Source of the DNA: a virus
IMG/VR virus record: IMGVR_UViG_3300009593_000014
Location: 1-64,000 of that record
Strand: one strand, 5' to 3'
Length of the DNA: 64,000 bases
The number at the start of each line of letters is the position of its first letter. Positions within the stretch are counted from its first letter, which is position 1. Positions 40,631-51,051 of this stretch are shown here, in pieces. Under the pieces are notes generated by a model that saw nothing but the letters and a program-made list of their open reading frames with translations, was not told where the DNA came from and did no database searches. The translations under genes and the position numbers were made by a program.

Positions 40631-42193
40631 TTATCCAATTACCACTACTTCGTAATCAGTTCCAGTAGCAGGTGCAGAACCAAAATCTATGGTCAATGCA
40701 CTAGTACTAGTGTGTTTAATGTCTACCTCAACCTCAGCATATGGGCTAGCAGAAGCATATACAGAAACTATAACGCTTCTAGTGCCCAAGCTGTGAGTGA
40801 CGGTGTGACTGGTAGTAGTGTCATCACCGGACAGGGTTGCGGTATATCTTGTCATAAAGCCAAGACTTGTTTTTGCCGCAGCAGTTGTGGTAGCGTTTGT
40901 ACCACCATTAGCTACAGGCAGTGTGCCAGTAATATCAGATGTTACATCAATCGTATCACGATTAAGAACACCGCTAGACAAAGTAAGGCCTGTGCCTGCA
41001 ATGGAAGAAGCAACCTTTAGTCCAGACCCACCCACGGACAAGCCGGGATTGGAATCAAGATCTATAGCTAATTCATTTCCACTCTTTGAAAGGCCATTTC
41101 CTGCAGAAATAGTTGTTGCAGAAGTAAACTTAGTCCAAGTAAGCGAAGTGGTTCCTAGAGTTATAGGACCATTAGTTGTTAAAACATATTGTGTATCTCC
41201 GTTTGCTGTTCCTTCGTTAATCCAACAGAAAGAACCCGGCACAGAGTCTGCACTGGCGTTAAAGTCAGCTGATCTTGTACCTGCTCCTGAAGCTACGACA
41301 TCGTAGATGCCGTTTTCGGAAGCGGTTGACTGATCTTTAAGCAATACACGATCACCAGTTGCAAGAGTAACACCATCTATGGTGTCTCCGTTCTGGAGAT
41401 CGGTTGAAATAGTTATTGCAGCAGTGGTTGCAACACGAACAGGCTCTTTAACAGTTAGCCCCTCTTTTGTTGAATCTACATAAGATTTTGTTGCTGCGTC
41501 AGAATCAGAGGTTGGAGTTCCAACACTTGTGACTCTTTGAGAGTTAAACGATACCGCAGAAGTTGGAGCAGCCATCTCATCAAGCCTGCTAGTTACCACC
41601 TGAGTATCGAAATCAGATATGGTACTTGCTGTTTGCGTTCCGGTATGGTTTGCTCTAGCAAGATAGTGCGTTCCTTCCTCTCCGTCTAATTTGTCAGCAT
41701 CAAGAGCAGAGCTTGCGCCATCAACTCCTGTTAGGAGAGATAGAATCTCCGCTCCTGTCTGATCTGCTGTGGCTCCGTCTTCAACATTAAGCAATGTTCG
41801 GACCTCAGCAAGAGTTTTAGTTACAGGGGTGTCATCCGAGGCTGCATATAAAAATGTGCCAGCATCAAAGTCTGACTCCATTACTGCCCCCGCAGCGTTT
41901 ACGTTTGTTGAGTTAGTCGCATCAGCACTTGATGCAACCCCATCTAGTTTTGTTTTGTCGCTTGATGACATCAACCCATCTACCGAAGTAGTGGCTGCAT
42001 CGCGGTTTACATACACCCAAGCGCCATTCGCTCTTAAGTATAGTTTGTTATCTCCCGAATCGTAGTATATTTGACCATTAGATGGAGACCCGGGCGCTGT
42101 GCCTAAGCTTTGCACAACTGCATTTCTAAGTTCATTTTTGTTTAGATCCAAATAGGACTCTAAATCTATTGGTACTAAAAATTTCTTTGCCAT
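40631..42193 (-). CDS. fibre-like virion structural protein
   Basis: GLMSSSDKTKLDG, RANHTGTQ, DAATKSYVD, IDGVTLATGDRVLLKDQ...ENGIY motifs common in phage fibres. Confidence 0.8.
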   Translation of the reverse strand: MAKKFLVPIDLESYLDLNKNELRNAVVQSLGTAPGSPSNGQIYYDSGDNKLYLRANGAWVYVNRDAATTSVDGLMSSSDKTKLDGVASSADATNSTNVNAAGAVMESDFDAGTFLYAASDDTPVTKTLAEVRTLLNVEDGATADQTGAEILSLLTGVDGASSALDADKLDGEEGTHYLARANHTGTQTASTISDFDTQVVTSRLDEMAAPTSAVSFNSQRVTSVGTPTSDSDAATKSYVDSTKEGLTVKEPVRVATTAAITISTDLQNGDTIDGVTLATGDRVLLKDQSTASENGIYDVVASGAGTRSADFNASADSVPGSFCWINEGTANGDTQYVLTTNGPITLGTTSLTWTKFTSATTISAGNGLSKSGNELAIDLDSNPGLSVGGSGLKVASSIAGTGLTLSSGVLNRDTIDVTSDITGTLPVANGGTNATTTAAAKTSLGFMTRYTATLSGDDTTTSHTVTHSLGTRSVIVSVYASASPYAEVEVDIKHTSTSALTIDFGSAPATGTDYEVVVIG

Positions 42194-42201
42194 TGTTCCT
42201 C

Positions 42202-42765
42202 CTAAATAATAATAGCCTTACCAGCGAATGCGTTTTCAAAAGTAACCACAACTTGATCAAGTGAGGTGTATGATATATCACCGATAACGTGCGTTCCTGC
42301 AGAATCTAAAACATCTACAGATGGATATCGCCCCTGATTATGATTAATCGTCCATGTTGATGCAGAAGATGACTGATCAAATACTGTTGTAGAATTAGTA
42401 GAAGGGCCAGCCTCAAGTTGAAAATTGAGGATAGCTGCTTCAGTCGTACCAGTATTTGTGACAGAACTTCCTACACCACTTGCAACGGTAGATGTTGTTC
42501 CTATAGTAATAGTCGCAACTTCACCGCGCGGTCCCTGTGGTCCTGTATCAACTGCTGTTAATACTTCTCTAGGGGCGGTTGACTCTAGATTTTTAGCGCC
42601 ATCCTCCACAACGAGAGTTTCGCGGACCTCAGTTATTGAGAGAGTGTTATTGTCTTCAACTATGTTAAGAGTTTTTGCAGGTTCTTCTACAACGACTGTT
42701 TTATCATCTGCGATAACGGTCATTGTTTCTGCTATTTCATTAACTACGATACTTGTATCAGACAT
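42202..42765 (-). CDS. virion structural protein with short collagen-like motif
   Basis: GPQGPRGE; C-terminal WTINHNQGRYPSVDV domain similar to the end of the neighbouring gene. Confidence 0.7.
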   Translation of the reverse strand: MSDTSIVVNEIAETMTVIADDKTVVVEEPAKTLNIVEDNNTLSITEVRETLVVEDGAKNLESTAPREVLTAVDTGPQGPRGEVATITIGTTSTVASGVGSSVTNTGTTEAAILNFQLEAGPSTNSTTVFDQSSSASTWTINHNQGRYPSVDVLDSAGTHVIGDISYTSLDQVVVTFENAFAGKAIII

Positions 42766-43109
42766 TACTTAGTAACCTCCGGCGTGATACTTACATTACC
42801 CTGAAGCAGTCTTGTGACAGTCCCATCAGAAGCAACTATCTCTAAGTCATAAACACCAGAGTTTGGAGCGGCAAGTGCCGCTGTTGCTGTTGCGCTTATC
42901 GTAACAACGATAACACCATTGGAAGCTAAAGTAATATCTCCACCAGCACTTGTTAAACTAACTAAAGTGCTTGAAGCATCATAGCTTGATCGAACCATCA
43001 TACGCGCAGTATGTGTACTTAAGTCAACAGCATTACCACCGGACTTATAAGTAAAAGTTTTAGAAAACGTTGCACCCTGATCGATTGTTAGATTATAGTT
43101 AAAAGACAT
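42765..43109 (-). CDS. BppU/LtfC-like Ig-fold structural protein
   Basis: IDQGATF...VDLS..TARMMVR...GVYDLEI...RLLQG.V...PEVT. Confidence 0.75.
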   Translation of the reverse strand: MSFNYNLTIDQGATFSKTFTYKSGGNAVDLSTHTARMMVRSSYDASSTLVSLTSAGGDITLASNGVIVVTISATATAALAAPNSGVYDLEIVASDGTVTRLLQGNVSITPEVTK

Positions 43110-43152
43110 AATACTGTTATTATACCATTTTGTGGTTTTTTTACCAAAAGAA

Positions 43153-43530
43153 TTAGTCCAAACTAATTTGCAAATCGTTAGCTTGAATTGTAAACGTATC
43201 GCCAGACGTTACTGAAGCGGAGGATGTTAGCGCTCCATGAAACAAAAGATTACCAGTTGTTGCGTGGTCAAATACCCCCACATGTGAAACAGTAACAGTA
43301 GGCATACTGGTAAAAGAAATTGAACCACTATTTGATATAGTTCCTCCTGAAGCAGCCGAGAATGTTATACTTTGTCTGTCCACATTAATTTCTGTACCGC
43401 CACCAGCGTCAGTAGGTGCGGCACTATAAAGCGCTAAGTACACAGTCGTAGGACCGGTGTATGCGCCAGATGAACCCCTCAAAACGTGATCGAGAAGTTC
43501 ATTTTCCAAATAATTCGTGATGCCAGCCAC
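43153..43530 (-). CDS. conserved phage structural (fibre-associated) protein
   Basis: NYLENELLDH...TVYLAL...PTDAGGG.E...GNLLFHGAL. Confidence 0.75.
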   Translation of the reverse strand: MAGITNYLENELLDHVLRGSSGAYTGPTTVYLALYSAAPTDAGGGTEINVDRQSITFSAASGGTISNSGSISFTSMPTVTVSHVGVFDHATTGNLLFHGALTSSASVTSGDTFTIQANDLQISLD

Positions 43531-43535
43531 GATAC

Positions 43536-43805
43536 TTACTCTCCGTAAAATTCTGTAACAGATTTTTTAGAGGCTTTCTCAAATTGCTCAGTAGCAAGTA
43601 GCCTTTCTGCGGCTTCAGCGGGTACAAGTTGATAAGGATGATCTCTTGTGAATTTAACATCCCCAACGCTATACCCTGCACCATGTCTCATAAACAACAT
43701 GATCTCTTTAGGAGCGGCAGGCTTTGCAGCAGCTTTGGCAGGTGCCTTGGCAGCAGGTTTAGCAGCAGGCTTTTTGGTCTCTTCTTTTTTACTTTCTTCA
43801 GCCAT
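43536..43805 (-). CDS. small protein with Ala/Lys/Pro-rich N-terminus
   Basis: KPAAKPAAKAPAK repeats; ATG 43805 lies 7 nt after TGcTATCAT. Confidence 0.7.
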   Translation of the reverse strand: MAEESKKEETKKPAAKPAAKAPAKAAAKPAAPKEIMLFMRHGAGYSVGDVKFTRDHPYQLVPAEAAERLLATEQFEKASKKSVTEFYGE

Positions 43806-43851
43806 AATTAAAATGATAGCACAGTAGAACATTAATAGCAACGCAGAAATT

Positions 43852-43880
43852 GAAAAACCCCCACCTTTCGATGGGGGCCT
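43852..43880 (-). terminator. intrinsic terminator after the major capsid gene
   Basis: GCCCCCATC-GAAA-GGTGGGGGT hairpin followed by a T run. Confidence 0.85.
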
Positions 43881-43905
43881 TTCGTAAATTATAAACTAGT
43901 TACAA

Positions 43906-44931
43906 TTAAGCTGCTCTAATTCCTACGTTCTTAGCGATTACATAAGAATCTGCATTTTCAATGTTTGCAGCCATGCGAGTAAACTGTGTAAACTCAATGG
44001 TATCTTTCTTTGGCTTGAATTCACGATAAAGTGTGATTTCACGCTGTATACCCACAACATGATTGTTGGGGAATGTTAATGAAATATAACCATGGTTACC
44101 AGATGCACCTGAGTGATCACCTGTAACAGTTTCAGGCATAAGTGGAATTTCTACTAGAGGAATTCCGAATGGAGCGAGACCAGTTGAACCCGGTCCTCCA
44201 TTTGCGCCTGCTCCGCCTTGCATTAAACGGTCACCATAGGTTGATCCGGGTGACGGTGCACCTTCGGCTCCTGCGGTTGTTGCGTTTGGTGCTTGCATTG
44301 ACCAGATTGTGTCCTGAACAATACCCGGACCAGCAAAGAACCGAAGTTCATTGCGGCGTTGGAGGTATTTGTTAGGAAGATTCCGAAGAATCCTATCAAA
44401 TACTGATCTGCTAGAGTTGTCTCCAGCCTCATCTACGGTTGTTCCGCTAGCTTTTCCAAGTTTCACGAAACCATCAAGTGCTTTAAGCAAAGCATTTGCT
44501 GATGTGGTGTCACCATTGATGAGCAAGTCATCTAAGTCGTTTGACGTTTGACGCGCCATAACTTGAGCGAGATGATCCTCAAGGGAATCACCTTCGATGT
44601 TATCCTCAAGGGATTCGGTGCTTACTTCCCAGTCAAGACGTAGCTTAACTGTGGAAAGAGCAACCTTTGAAAAGGTTACTGCTGCGTTTGCACCAGTGTC
44701 GCTTGCTTCAGTTGCCTTTGCAAGTAGACGAGTCCCTACTGATACTTTGTCAATCTCCATTGAATCGCTGCGCATACGCACGACTCTAGACTGTTGCATA
44801 AGAACAGACTGATCAACAACGAAATCAATAAAGCGGTTAGCTTGTGCTGGTTTTAATATACCACCTGAAGCATTTCCTACCACGGAGGTAGTTACTTCGT
44901 TTGCTTTTTGAAGTAGTTCTTCATTTGCCAT
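43906..44931 (-). CDS. major capsid protein (HK97 fold)
   Basis: GGILKPAQANRFID...ESLEDNIEG...DLLINGD; AGGAGG SD; after the protease, followed by a terminator. Confidence 0.93.
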   Translation of the reverse strand: MANEELLQKANEVTTSVVGNASGGILKPAQANRFIDFVVDQSVLMQQSRVVRMRSDSMEIDKVSVGTRLLAKATEASDTGANAAVTFSKVALSTVKLRLDWEVSTESLEDNIEGDSLEDHLAQVMARQTSNDLDDLLINGDTTSANALLKALDGFVKLGKASGTTVDEAGDNSSRSVFDRILRNLPNKYLQRRNELRFFAGPGIVQDTIWSMQAPNATTAGAEGAPSPGSTYGDRLMQGGAGANGGPGSTGLAPFGIPLVEIPLMPETVTGDHSGASGNHGYISLTFPNNHVVGIQREITLYREFKPKKDTIEFTQFTRMAANIENADSYVIAKNVGIRAA

Positions 44932-44943
44932 TATTATTTCCTC

Positions 44944-46320
44944 CTATGACCTGTATCCAAGAGACTTAATTAGATCTTGAGGGAGGAAGAGGTTACCCCA
45001 AAAGGCACTCTCTTCTTCAGCAGCTTTTTCAATAACTGCTTCATCATCATCTATTTCACTCTCGTCAACACTTTTTTTAATTGCACCGGCATTTTCGACT
45101 GTTTCGACTCGTGAGTCAACGTCCTCGACACGCTCGGTGACTTCTTTTGTTACTTCTTCGATTTTTTCTTCAATCTCAGTTTGATTCTTGCTTACTGTTT
45201 CAGTGACTTCAGCTAGCTTTTCTTCGATCAAAGCCTCTACTTTTTCGTTTGAGGCTTCTGCGAAACTAGCTAGTTTCTCATCAATGACAGTACCAAGAGC
45301 CATAGTAATTTCTTCGATATTCATACTATCTCCTTCATCAATATCGTCTGCTTTAAGCTCAATTTCATCTTGTACCTCAACAGACTTTTCTACTTCCAAT
45401 AGAGATTCATCACTTGCGCTGATTAGATCTTCCTCTGGAATATCATTTAGCCAAGTCATAAACCTCCTCAAAAGTGAGATCTTTTCGTTAGATTGTTCAT
45501 CTAAACTGTTTTCAGACACAACATCTTCAACTGGGGTATCTTTTGATAGCTCAGCCTCAGTAGTAGTGTCAGTTTCTACGTTGTCCATGTCTTGAACTGT
45601 AGCAGAATTATCATTTAATTGCAACTTTTCTGCAACATTTGACTCATCTTCTTCTGAACTTTCTGATTTACAGTCGCAACCGCCTTCGCTGTCACACTGA
45701 CAATCGGACCCACATGAGCAATCTCCACTCACAGGCTCTCCTTCATCAGATTTAATATCAGTTACGCATACAGTCGTATCGCCAATCTTATAGCATTCTC
45801 CATCCACAACGTCAAGAGCATACTGTAGACCTGTCTCGTCAGATTTAACTAACGTAATGTTGGCGGCAGGGTTTGCTGGATTGTCAACTAAACTTAGTTC
45901 ACCTAGTTCATAATCAGTAATAACACTGATGGGTTGTCCACGGAATTCTTTGGTTTCATCAAACTCCCTTTCTAGAACACGACCACCAATAGAAAAAGAA
46001 CTTAACGTTCCATCCAATACTTTCTCCCAAGTGCTTTGAGCACCTTTGGAGATATAAGCTGAAACTTCAATCCCTTTAAAATTAGCACCATTATGATTTA
46101 TATCCACAGGGCGATGCCCTACTGCTTTACCAACGGCGAGCGGCTGATGCATTTCGCGGATATTGCCTTGCCAATTGTCAAAAGCCTTAACGGACGCGTC
46201 GAAACCAACAACATCTCCAGACTTATCTATATTGTCAGACGTAGCAATACCCACAACTATTCTTTCCTCTTTCTTAATCATAGAAATTGGAAACATTAGT
46301 TGTAATTTATTATCATGCAT
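44944..46320 (-). CDS. prohead protease fused to acidic coiled-coil scaffold
   Basis: IREMHQ, SFSIGG, ELSLVDNPANP (HK97-type protease); long acidic C-terminus. Confidence 0.9.
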   Translation of the reverse strand: MHDNKLQLMFPISMIKKEERIVVGIATSDNIDKSGDVVGFDASVKAFDNWQGNIREMHQPLAVGKAVGHRPVDINHNGANFKGIEVSAYISKGAQSTWEKVLDGTLSSFSIGGRVLEREFDETKEFRGQPISVITDYELGELSLVDNPANPAANITLVKSDETGLQYALDVVDGECYKIGDTTVCVTDIKSDEGEPVSGDCSCGSDCQCDSEGGCDCKSESSEEDESNVAEKLQLNDNSATVQDMDNVETDTTTEAELSKDTPVEDVVSENSLDEQSNEKISLLRRFMTWLNDIPEEDLISASDESLLEVEKSVEVQDEIELKADDIDEGDSMNIEEITMALGTVIDEKLASFAEASNEKVEALIEEKLAEVTETVSKNQTEIEEKIEEVTKEVTERVEDVDSRVETVENAGAIKKSVDESEIDDDEAVIEKAAEEESAFWGNLFLPQDLIKSLGYRS

Positions 46321-46379
46321 AATTGCCTCCTTATAAAGCTACAATTTTTAGCATACCATAAAAATGGCTTTAATTACAA

Positions 46380-46637
46380 TTATCCCACAGCGTACATGGC
46401 TATGGTAACTGATGCTGTTGTAACCTCAAATTTAGTATAATCACCGGGGACGCACACATAGGTTGTCCCACCTGCAGGAATCAACACTGATCTGTTACCA
46501 TTCAGCTTCACGGAAGCTGCGGTAGAAGCATGTGTATTATGGAAATATATTGCGCTAGTGTGATGAGATAAGCTTACCTCACCATCAGTACTAGCGACTG
46601 CTGTGTCTGAATATACTATTGTACTATTTGTGTACAT
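46380..46637 (-). CDS. small beta-rich protein (possible head decoration)
   Basis: AGGAGGAG SD; between portal and protease. Confidence 0.65.
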   Translation of the reverse strand: MYTNSTIVYSDTAVASTDGEVSLSHHTSAIYFHNTHASTAASVKLNGNRSVLIPAGGTTYVCVPGDYTKFEVTTASVTIAMYAVG

Positions 46638-46651
46638 ATTCTCCTCCTATA

Positions 46652-48307
46652 TTAATCTCTTTCTCGTGGTTGGCTAGATTCTTGACCGGAACCTCGGTCT
46701 TCTCTTTCGCCATCACTTGCTGAGTCATCTCCTCTTGGTGGTTCAGAAGCATTACTGTTCCCCTCTGGAGCGCCCTCTGGCTTTTTTGGTTCTTTTTCTT
46801 CGATGTCTTCTCCTGTAAATGGATCAACGCCAGTTTGCATTAGCAAGTCCATTTCTTTAAGAACACTTGGGTATGGTAGAACATCATCACCATCTTCCCT
46901 GTCTGGTAGTCCGAGAGACTCACGCACCTCGTTGGGTGATATGACAGCAGTGCGAAGATATCTTTCACGAATCTTTGACTGCACATCTTCGTCTACCAAG
47001 TCGATCTGTTCAAATTCAAACTCAACAAGGTCAGTAAATTCCTTAATTATTTGATTGATCTTTTTTTCAATAATCTTCTGATCGGGACCCACGACCTGTA
47101 CCTTGAATGTTTTGTCTGCATCTCTAGATACAGCGAGGTTTGCGTTGTCGTAAACCCCCACTTTAGGAGCAGGTACCCTATTAGCTACCAGAATCTCATC
47201 ACGATTTGATTTTCTAAACTTGTCGAACGAAGCGTCTTGTACGGTATTTTCTAGCTTTTCAAACCTTAAATCAACGTCACCGCCTAAAGACGCAGGGAGA
47301 GGAACAATAAGGGTTCCATGGTTCCTTCCTTTTACTTCTGTTCTAAAATAATTAACAAGTTCTTGTTTAGACTTGTTACTTAATTTGGCCCCTTTAAGAA
47401 TGATAGCATATCTTGGGATAGCTTTATTTTCAAAGTAGTCAATATTGTAATTCTTGGCGTACTTGTCTCCAAGGATTGCCCCAATAGCAGTGACTGCAGA
47501 TGGGACTCCGTAGTAGTTGTTTCTTGGAGAGTAGGCTTTGAAATGGATAATTTCATTTGGTCTTGCGTCCCCATTTATTGGATCGGCAGTTTCTAGATCC
47601 TGAAAGTTCCTAAAGAACACGGACTGTAGCTTTGCATGCTTTGCCATTTGGACGTAACCATCACGAGTTCTTCTAACTCTGATGTTCAGAGCAGGAACGT
47701 GACCTATGTAGCCGATACTTCCAGAGTTAGTTCTGCCAATCTCTAGATACGCATTGCCCACTGTTAAGTAGTCAGTCCATAGTTTTATCATCATCTCTAC
47801 AAAAGTGTCGTCAGAGTTTGACTCATCAAATAAATGATTTAATTTCTTTCTCTCACGAGCAATATCTTGACGAACTCTTTCAGATTTTGCGTCAGTGTCT
47901 GCTTTTTCAATTCTACGCTTGGTTTTTTCGGAGTTACCAAACCTAAACCCTAATGCAACAGTATTTGCTACTCTTGCATTTATAGCCGCATAATGAGATG
48001 TATTAGTCTCATACAAGTCAGCTAGTATATTTAAATCATGAGGTGGTTCAACAACATCATACAAAGCGTATCCATCAAGAGATTGTGGATCTACATACTT
48101 AGAAGAAGAGTCAATACCTGTATTGGCTTTCTTCTCTAGTCTTTGTATTTTTCTTTTCATCTTTACTGATTGCCTCTTCGGGTCAATCTTTTTAAAAGAG
48201 TCTGTTGTTACAACCTCAGACCGAACCTGATGATACGTTACATCATCGATTTCAACCTCGGAATCTTCATCATCTTCAATAAAAGAAGTTTTAATCATAT
48301 CACTCAT
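46652..48307 (-). CDS. portal protein
   Basis: GNAYLEI, NEIIHFK, YYGVP, YFENKAIP, ISPNEVRESLGLP. Confidence 0.93.
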   Translation of the reverse strand: MSDMIKTSFIEDDEDSEVEIDDVTYHQVRSEVVTTDSFKKIDPKRQSVKMKRKIQRLEKKANTGIDSSSKYVDPQSLDGYALYDVVEPPHDLNILADLYETNTSHYAAINARVANTVALGFRFGNSEKTKRRIEKADTDAKSERVRQDIARERKKLNHLFDESNSDDTFVEMMIKLWTDYLTVGNAYLEIGRTNSGSIGYIGHVPALNIRVRRTRDGYVQMAKHAKLQSVFFRNFQDLETADPINGDARPNEIIHFKAYSPRNNYYGVPSAVTAIGAILGDKYAKNYNIDYFENKAIPRYAIILKGAKLSNKSKQELVNYFRTEVKGRNHGTLIVPLPASLGGDVDLRFEKLENTVQDASFDKFRKSNRDEILVANRVPAPKVGVYDNANLAVSRDADKTFKVQVVGPDQKIIEKKINQIIKEFTDLVEFEFEQIDLVDEDVQSKIRERYLRTAVISPNEVRESLGLPDREDGDDVLPYPSVLKEMDLLMQTGVDPFTGEDIEEKEPKKPEGAPEGNSNASEPPRGDDSASDGEREDRGSGQESSQPRERD

Positions 48308-48651
48308 CCTGTACCTTTTTTCTTATTAGAAAGTGCTATTATAGTATCCTCAAGTGGGTCAGGAGTTAGACCTTGATTTAGTCTTTCAACCTGATCGTCA
48401 CGTTCGGATGCCGAAACTTTTCGAGCGCCATCAATCCACATGACTTGACCGTCTGTTGATCCAGTCCAGTACCTTGCAGCCTCAGCCACATGTTTTTCTA
48501 CTTTAGGGTCGTTCATCATGCCTTCAGCACACAAATAATTGCCATCTGCATCTGCAACAATGCCACCATCGGGCATCTTCCACACACATACGCCAAAAGC
48601 TGACTGAGGAACATACAATCTTTTGCCATTTTTTATATATTGGTCACTCAT
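48304..48651 (-). CDS. conserved hypothetical protein upstream of portal
   Basis: 115 aa, ATGA-coupled to the portal gene. Confidence 0.7.
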   Translation of the reverse strand: MSDQYIKNGKRLYVPQSAFGVCVWKMPDGGIVADADGNYLCAEGMMNDPKVEKHVAEAARYWTGSTDGQVMWIDGARKVSASERDDQVERLNQGLTPDPLEDTIIALSNKKKGTG

Positions 48652-48703
48652 ATCAAGATAATCTTACCACAATCAATGCAAAAAACCCAACATAAAAGAA
48701 CAA

Positions 48704-48880
48704 TTAATCATCAATATCTTCATATTCTTCATAAATCAACACAAAAGTTTCAAAATGACCAGAATCGGTGGGCATCATGATACTAGGAGGAGGCTCACAA
48801 TCAAATGTGAACTCAATTTCCTCTTCAATTCCGCATGAATTTTCGTATATATATGTTACTAACTCTTCTTTTTCTTTCAT
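48704..48880 (-). CDS. small acidic hypothetical protein (58 aa, below ORF-track cutoff)
   Basis: MKEKEELVTYIYENSCGIEEEIEF...EDIDD begins 3 nt after the RNR stop. Confidence 0.5.
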   Translation of the reverse strand: MKEKEELVTYIYENSCGIEEEIEFTFDCEPPPSIMMPTDSGHFETFVLIYEEYEDIDD

Positions 48881-48883
48881 ACC

Positions 48884-50941
48884 CTACAGGGCGCAAGTCA
48901 CACAGTCAGGATCATCAATCCTACAAGCTTCAACTTCTTCTACACCATCTTCAGTAGAATCCATGTTGTTTAGCACTTGTTCTGATCTGGAGTTATCTCT
49001 ATATATAGTAACCCCTTTGCACCCAAGATCATAAGCAAGACGATACAAACGATCAGTCTGTTCGACTGTAAAGTCTGAAGGACAGTTTGTTGTCTTGCTG
49101 ATAGCAGAATCAACCCATCGCTGAACTGCTGCTTGAACAGCGACATGTTCCTCTGGCTTGAGGTCCATCGCTGTGACGCAGTAGTCTGGAAGATCATTGA
49201 TGTCCAGACCCATATCGTCAATGACTGGTACGGTTTCAATTTCTGTACCTAGTCTAGAAGTTCTGGTGTACTGCCAGTTAAAGTAAGGCTCAACACCAGT
49301 TGAAGTTCCTTTCATTGTCCCAGTAGTTCCTGTGGGAGCAACGGTTAGTAAGCATACGTTTCTTATTCCATGTTCTAGCACTGCATCTCGTACATGCTCG
49401 GGCATTCCCTTCATGTATCCTGATTTTAGATATTGTTTTCTATCAAGAGCGGGGAATGATCCTTTTACTTTTGCAAGTTCTACAGATGCCATGTATGAGG
49501 ACTCCGATATTGTTTTGAAAAGCTCATCTACAAAGACAAGACCATCAGCAGACCCATACCGTAATTTCATTCTGACCAATAGTTCTCCAAGCCCCATGAC
49601 TCCGAGCCCAATTCGACGGTTGCCTTCATGGTTTTCCTTGATTGATTCAAAGTGGTATTCATTAATGCTAACCACGTTGTCAAGCATACGCACTGCTGAC
49701 TCAATTACTGTATTGAGCTTTTTCCATTCAAACTCAGGAACACCAGACGAGTCATCTACGAATGTAGACAAGTCAAGAGCACCCAGCGTGCAAACACCAT
49801 AAGCCTCAAGAGGCTGTTCTCCACAAGGATTTGTTGCCACCAAAGGAGCGAAGTACCAAGAGTTACTCATCTTGTTTGATCTTTCTAAAAAGTGAAGACC
49901 CGGTTCGGCAGAAGCCCATGCGGAAGACACTATTGAATCCCATATTTCTTTGGCTTGCACTGTTTTATAAACAATCACATTTTTTCCAAGAATATCTCTC
50001 CAGTAGGAAATGTTCCCATCCCAAAGGTCATTGAATTCAGGATCTTTTGTATCTGGAAAGACGAGATCCCATGATTCATTGTTTTTGAGAGCTTCCATGA
50101 ATCCGTCTGAGATACAAACGGACATATTAGCATTCTCAAACTCTCCTGCGGAGTGTTTTGCTGATATGAACTCTTCGACATCAGGATGCCAATCGTCAAT
50201 CATCAGCATTGTTGCGCCGCGCCGTGAACCCCCTTGTTCAATAAGCCCTGTAGAAAGGTTGAACATCTTTCCCCAAGACACAGCGCCACTAGAGATACCG
50301 TTAACCCCGATAACAGGAGCGTAGCGAGGGCGTAAAGAAGAAAGGTTAACACCAACCCCTCCACCTCTTGAATGCGTTTCCGCCATTTCTTTGACACGAT
50401 CAAAAATCCCTCCTCTAGAATCCTCTGGACATGGTAGCACAAAACAGTTTTGAAGTGTTAGTCCTTTTACACCAGCGCCAGCAAGAATACGTCCACCGGG
50501 AATAAAGTGATCAAAAAGAATATCTTTGAAGCCCTGCTCAACCGCCGGTGCGATATCTTCTGACTCACATTGAGATAGAGCCTTGGCAACTCTTGCTTTA
50601 ACTTGATCAACAGTTGTCTCTAATGGTTTAGATATCAAATCAAAATCAACTTGGTGAGTATCTCCTTGATAGGTCTTTACAGTCGCAGTGCGATTGGTTT
50701 GAGAAACCTCTTGCACTATGGATAGTTCCTTAACAGGCCATTTGGGATCTAAAACTACGATAGCTAAAACAAGATCGCCTACAGACAAGTCTCCTTTTTC
50801 TGCCTTCAGCGTGTATCTATCTAAAAATATTTTATATCCTTGATACCCGCTCTTTCTAAAAAACGATGGGATTTTTATCTCCGCATCGTCTTGTAATTCG
50901 GTCTCATTAGAGACAGTTGTTGTATAGCCTGTTATAGTCAT
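48884..50941 (-). CDS. nrdJ: class II (adenosylcobalamin-dependent) ribonucleotide reductase
   Basis: PGGRIL, NCFV, GGGVG, TNPCGEQPL, VAPTGT, ISKTTN, C-terminal CxxC; no beta-subunit gene nearby. Confidence 0.9.
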   Translation of the reverse strand: MTITGYTTTVSNETELQDDAEIKIPSFFRKSGYQGYKIFLDRYTLKAEKGDLSVGDLVLAIVVLDPKWPVKELSIVQEVSQTNRTATVKTYQGDTHQVDFDLISKPLETTVDQVKARVAKALSQCESEDIAPAVEQGFKDILFDHFIPGGRILAGAGVKGLTLQNCFVLPCPEDSRGGIFDRVKEMAETHSRGGGVGVNLSSLRPRYAPVIGVNGISSGAVSWGKMFNLSTGLIEQGGSRRGATMLMIDDWHPDVEEFISAKHSAGEFENANMSVCISDGFMEALKNNESWDLVFPDTKDPEFNDLWDGNISYWRDILGKNVIVYKTVQAKEIWDSIVSSAWASAEPGLHFLERSNKMSNSWYFAPLVATNPCGEQPLEAYGVCTLGALDLSTFVDDSSGVPEFEWKKLNTVIESAVRMLDNVVSINEYHFESIKENHEGNRRIGLGVMGLGELLVRMKLRYGSADGLVFVDELFKTISESSYMASVELAKVKGSFPALDRKQYLKSGYMKGMPEHVRDAVLEHGIRNVCLLTVAPTGTTGTMKGTSTGVEPYFNWQYTRTSRLGTEIETVPVIDDMGLDINDLPDYCVTAMDLKPEEHVAVQAAVQRWVDSAISKTTNCPSDFTVEQTDRLYRLAYDLGCKGVTIYRDNSRSEQVLNNMDSTEDGVEEVEACRIDDPDCVTCAL

Positions 50942-51051
50942 TATTCCTCCTTAACGCATCAGAATGATGCTTTTTCAAAACTCTTGTCGAGTGCAGAACT
51001 AATATCATATCACCTATGAATTTTTAATCCAATAGTTTTTGAAAAGATTTA

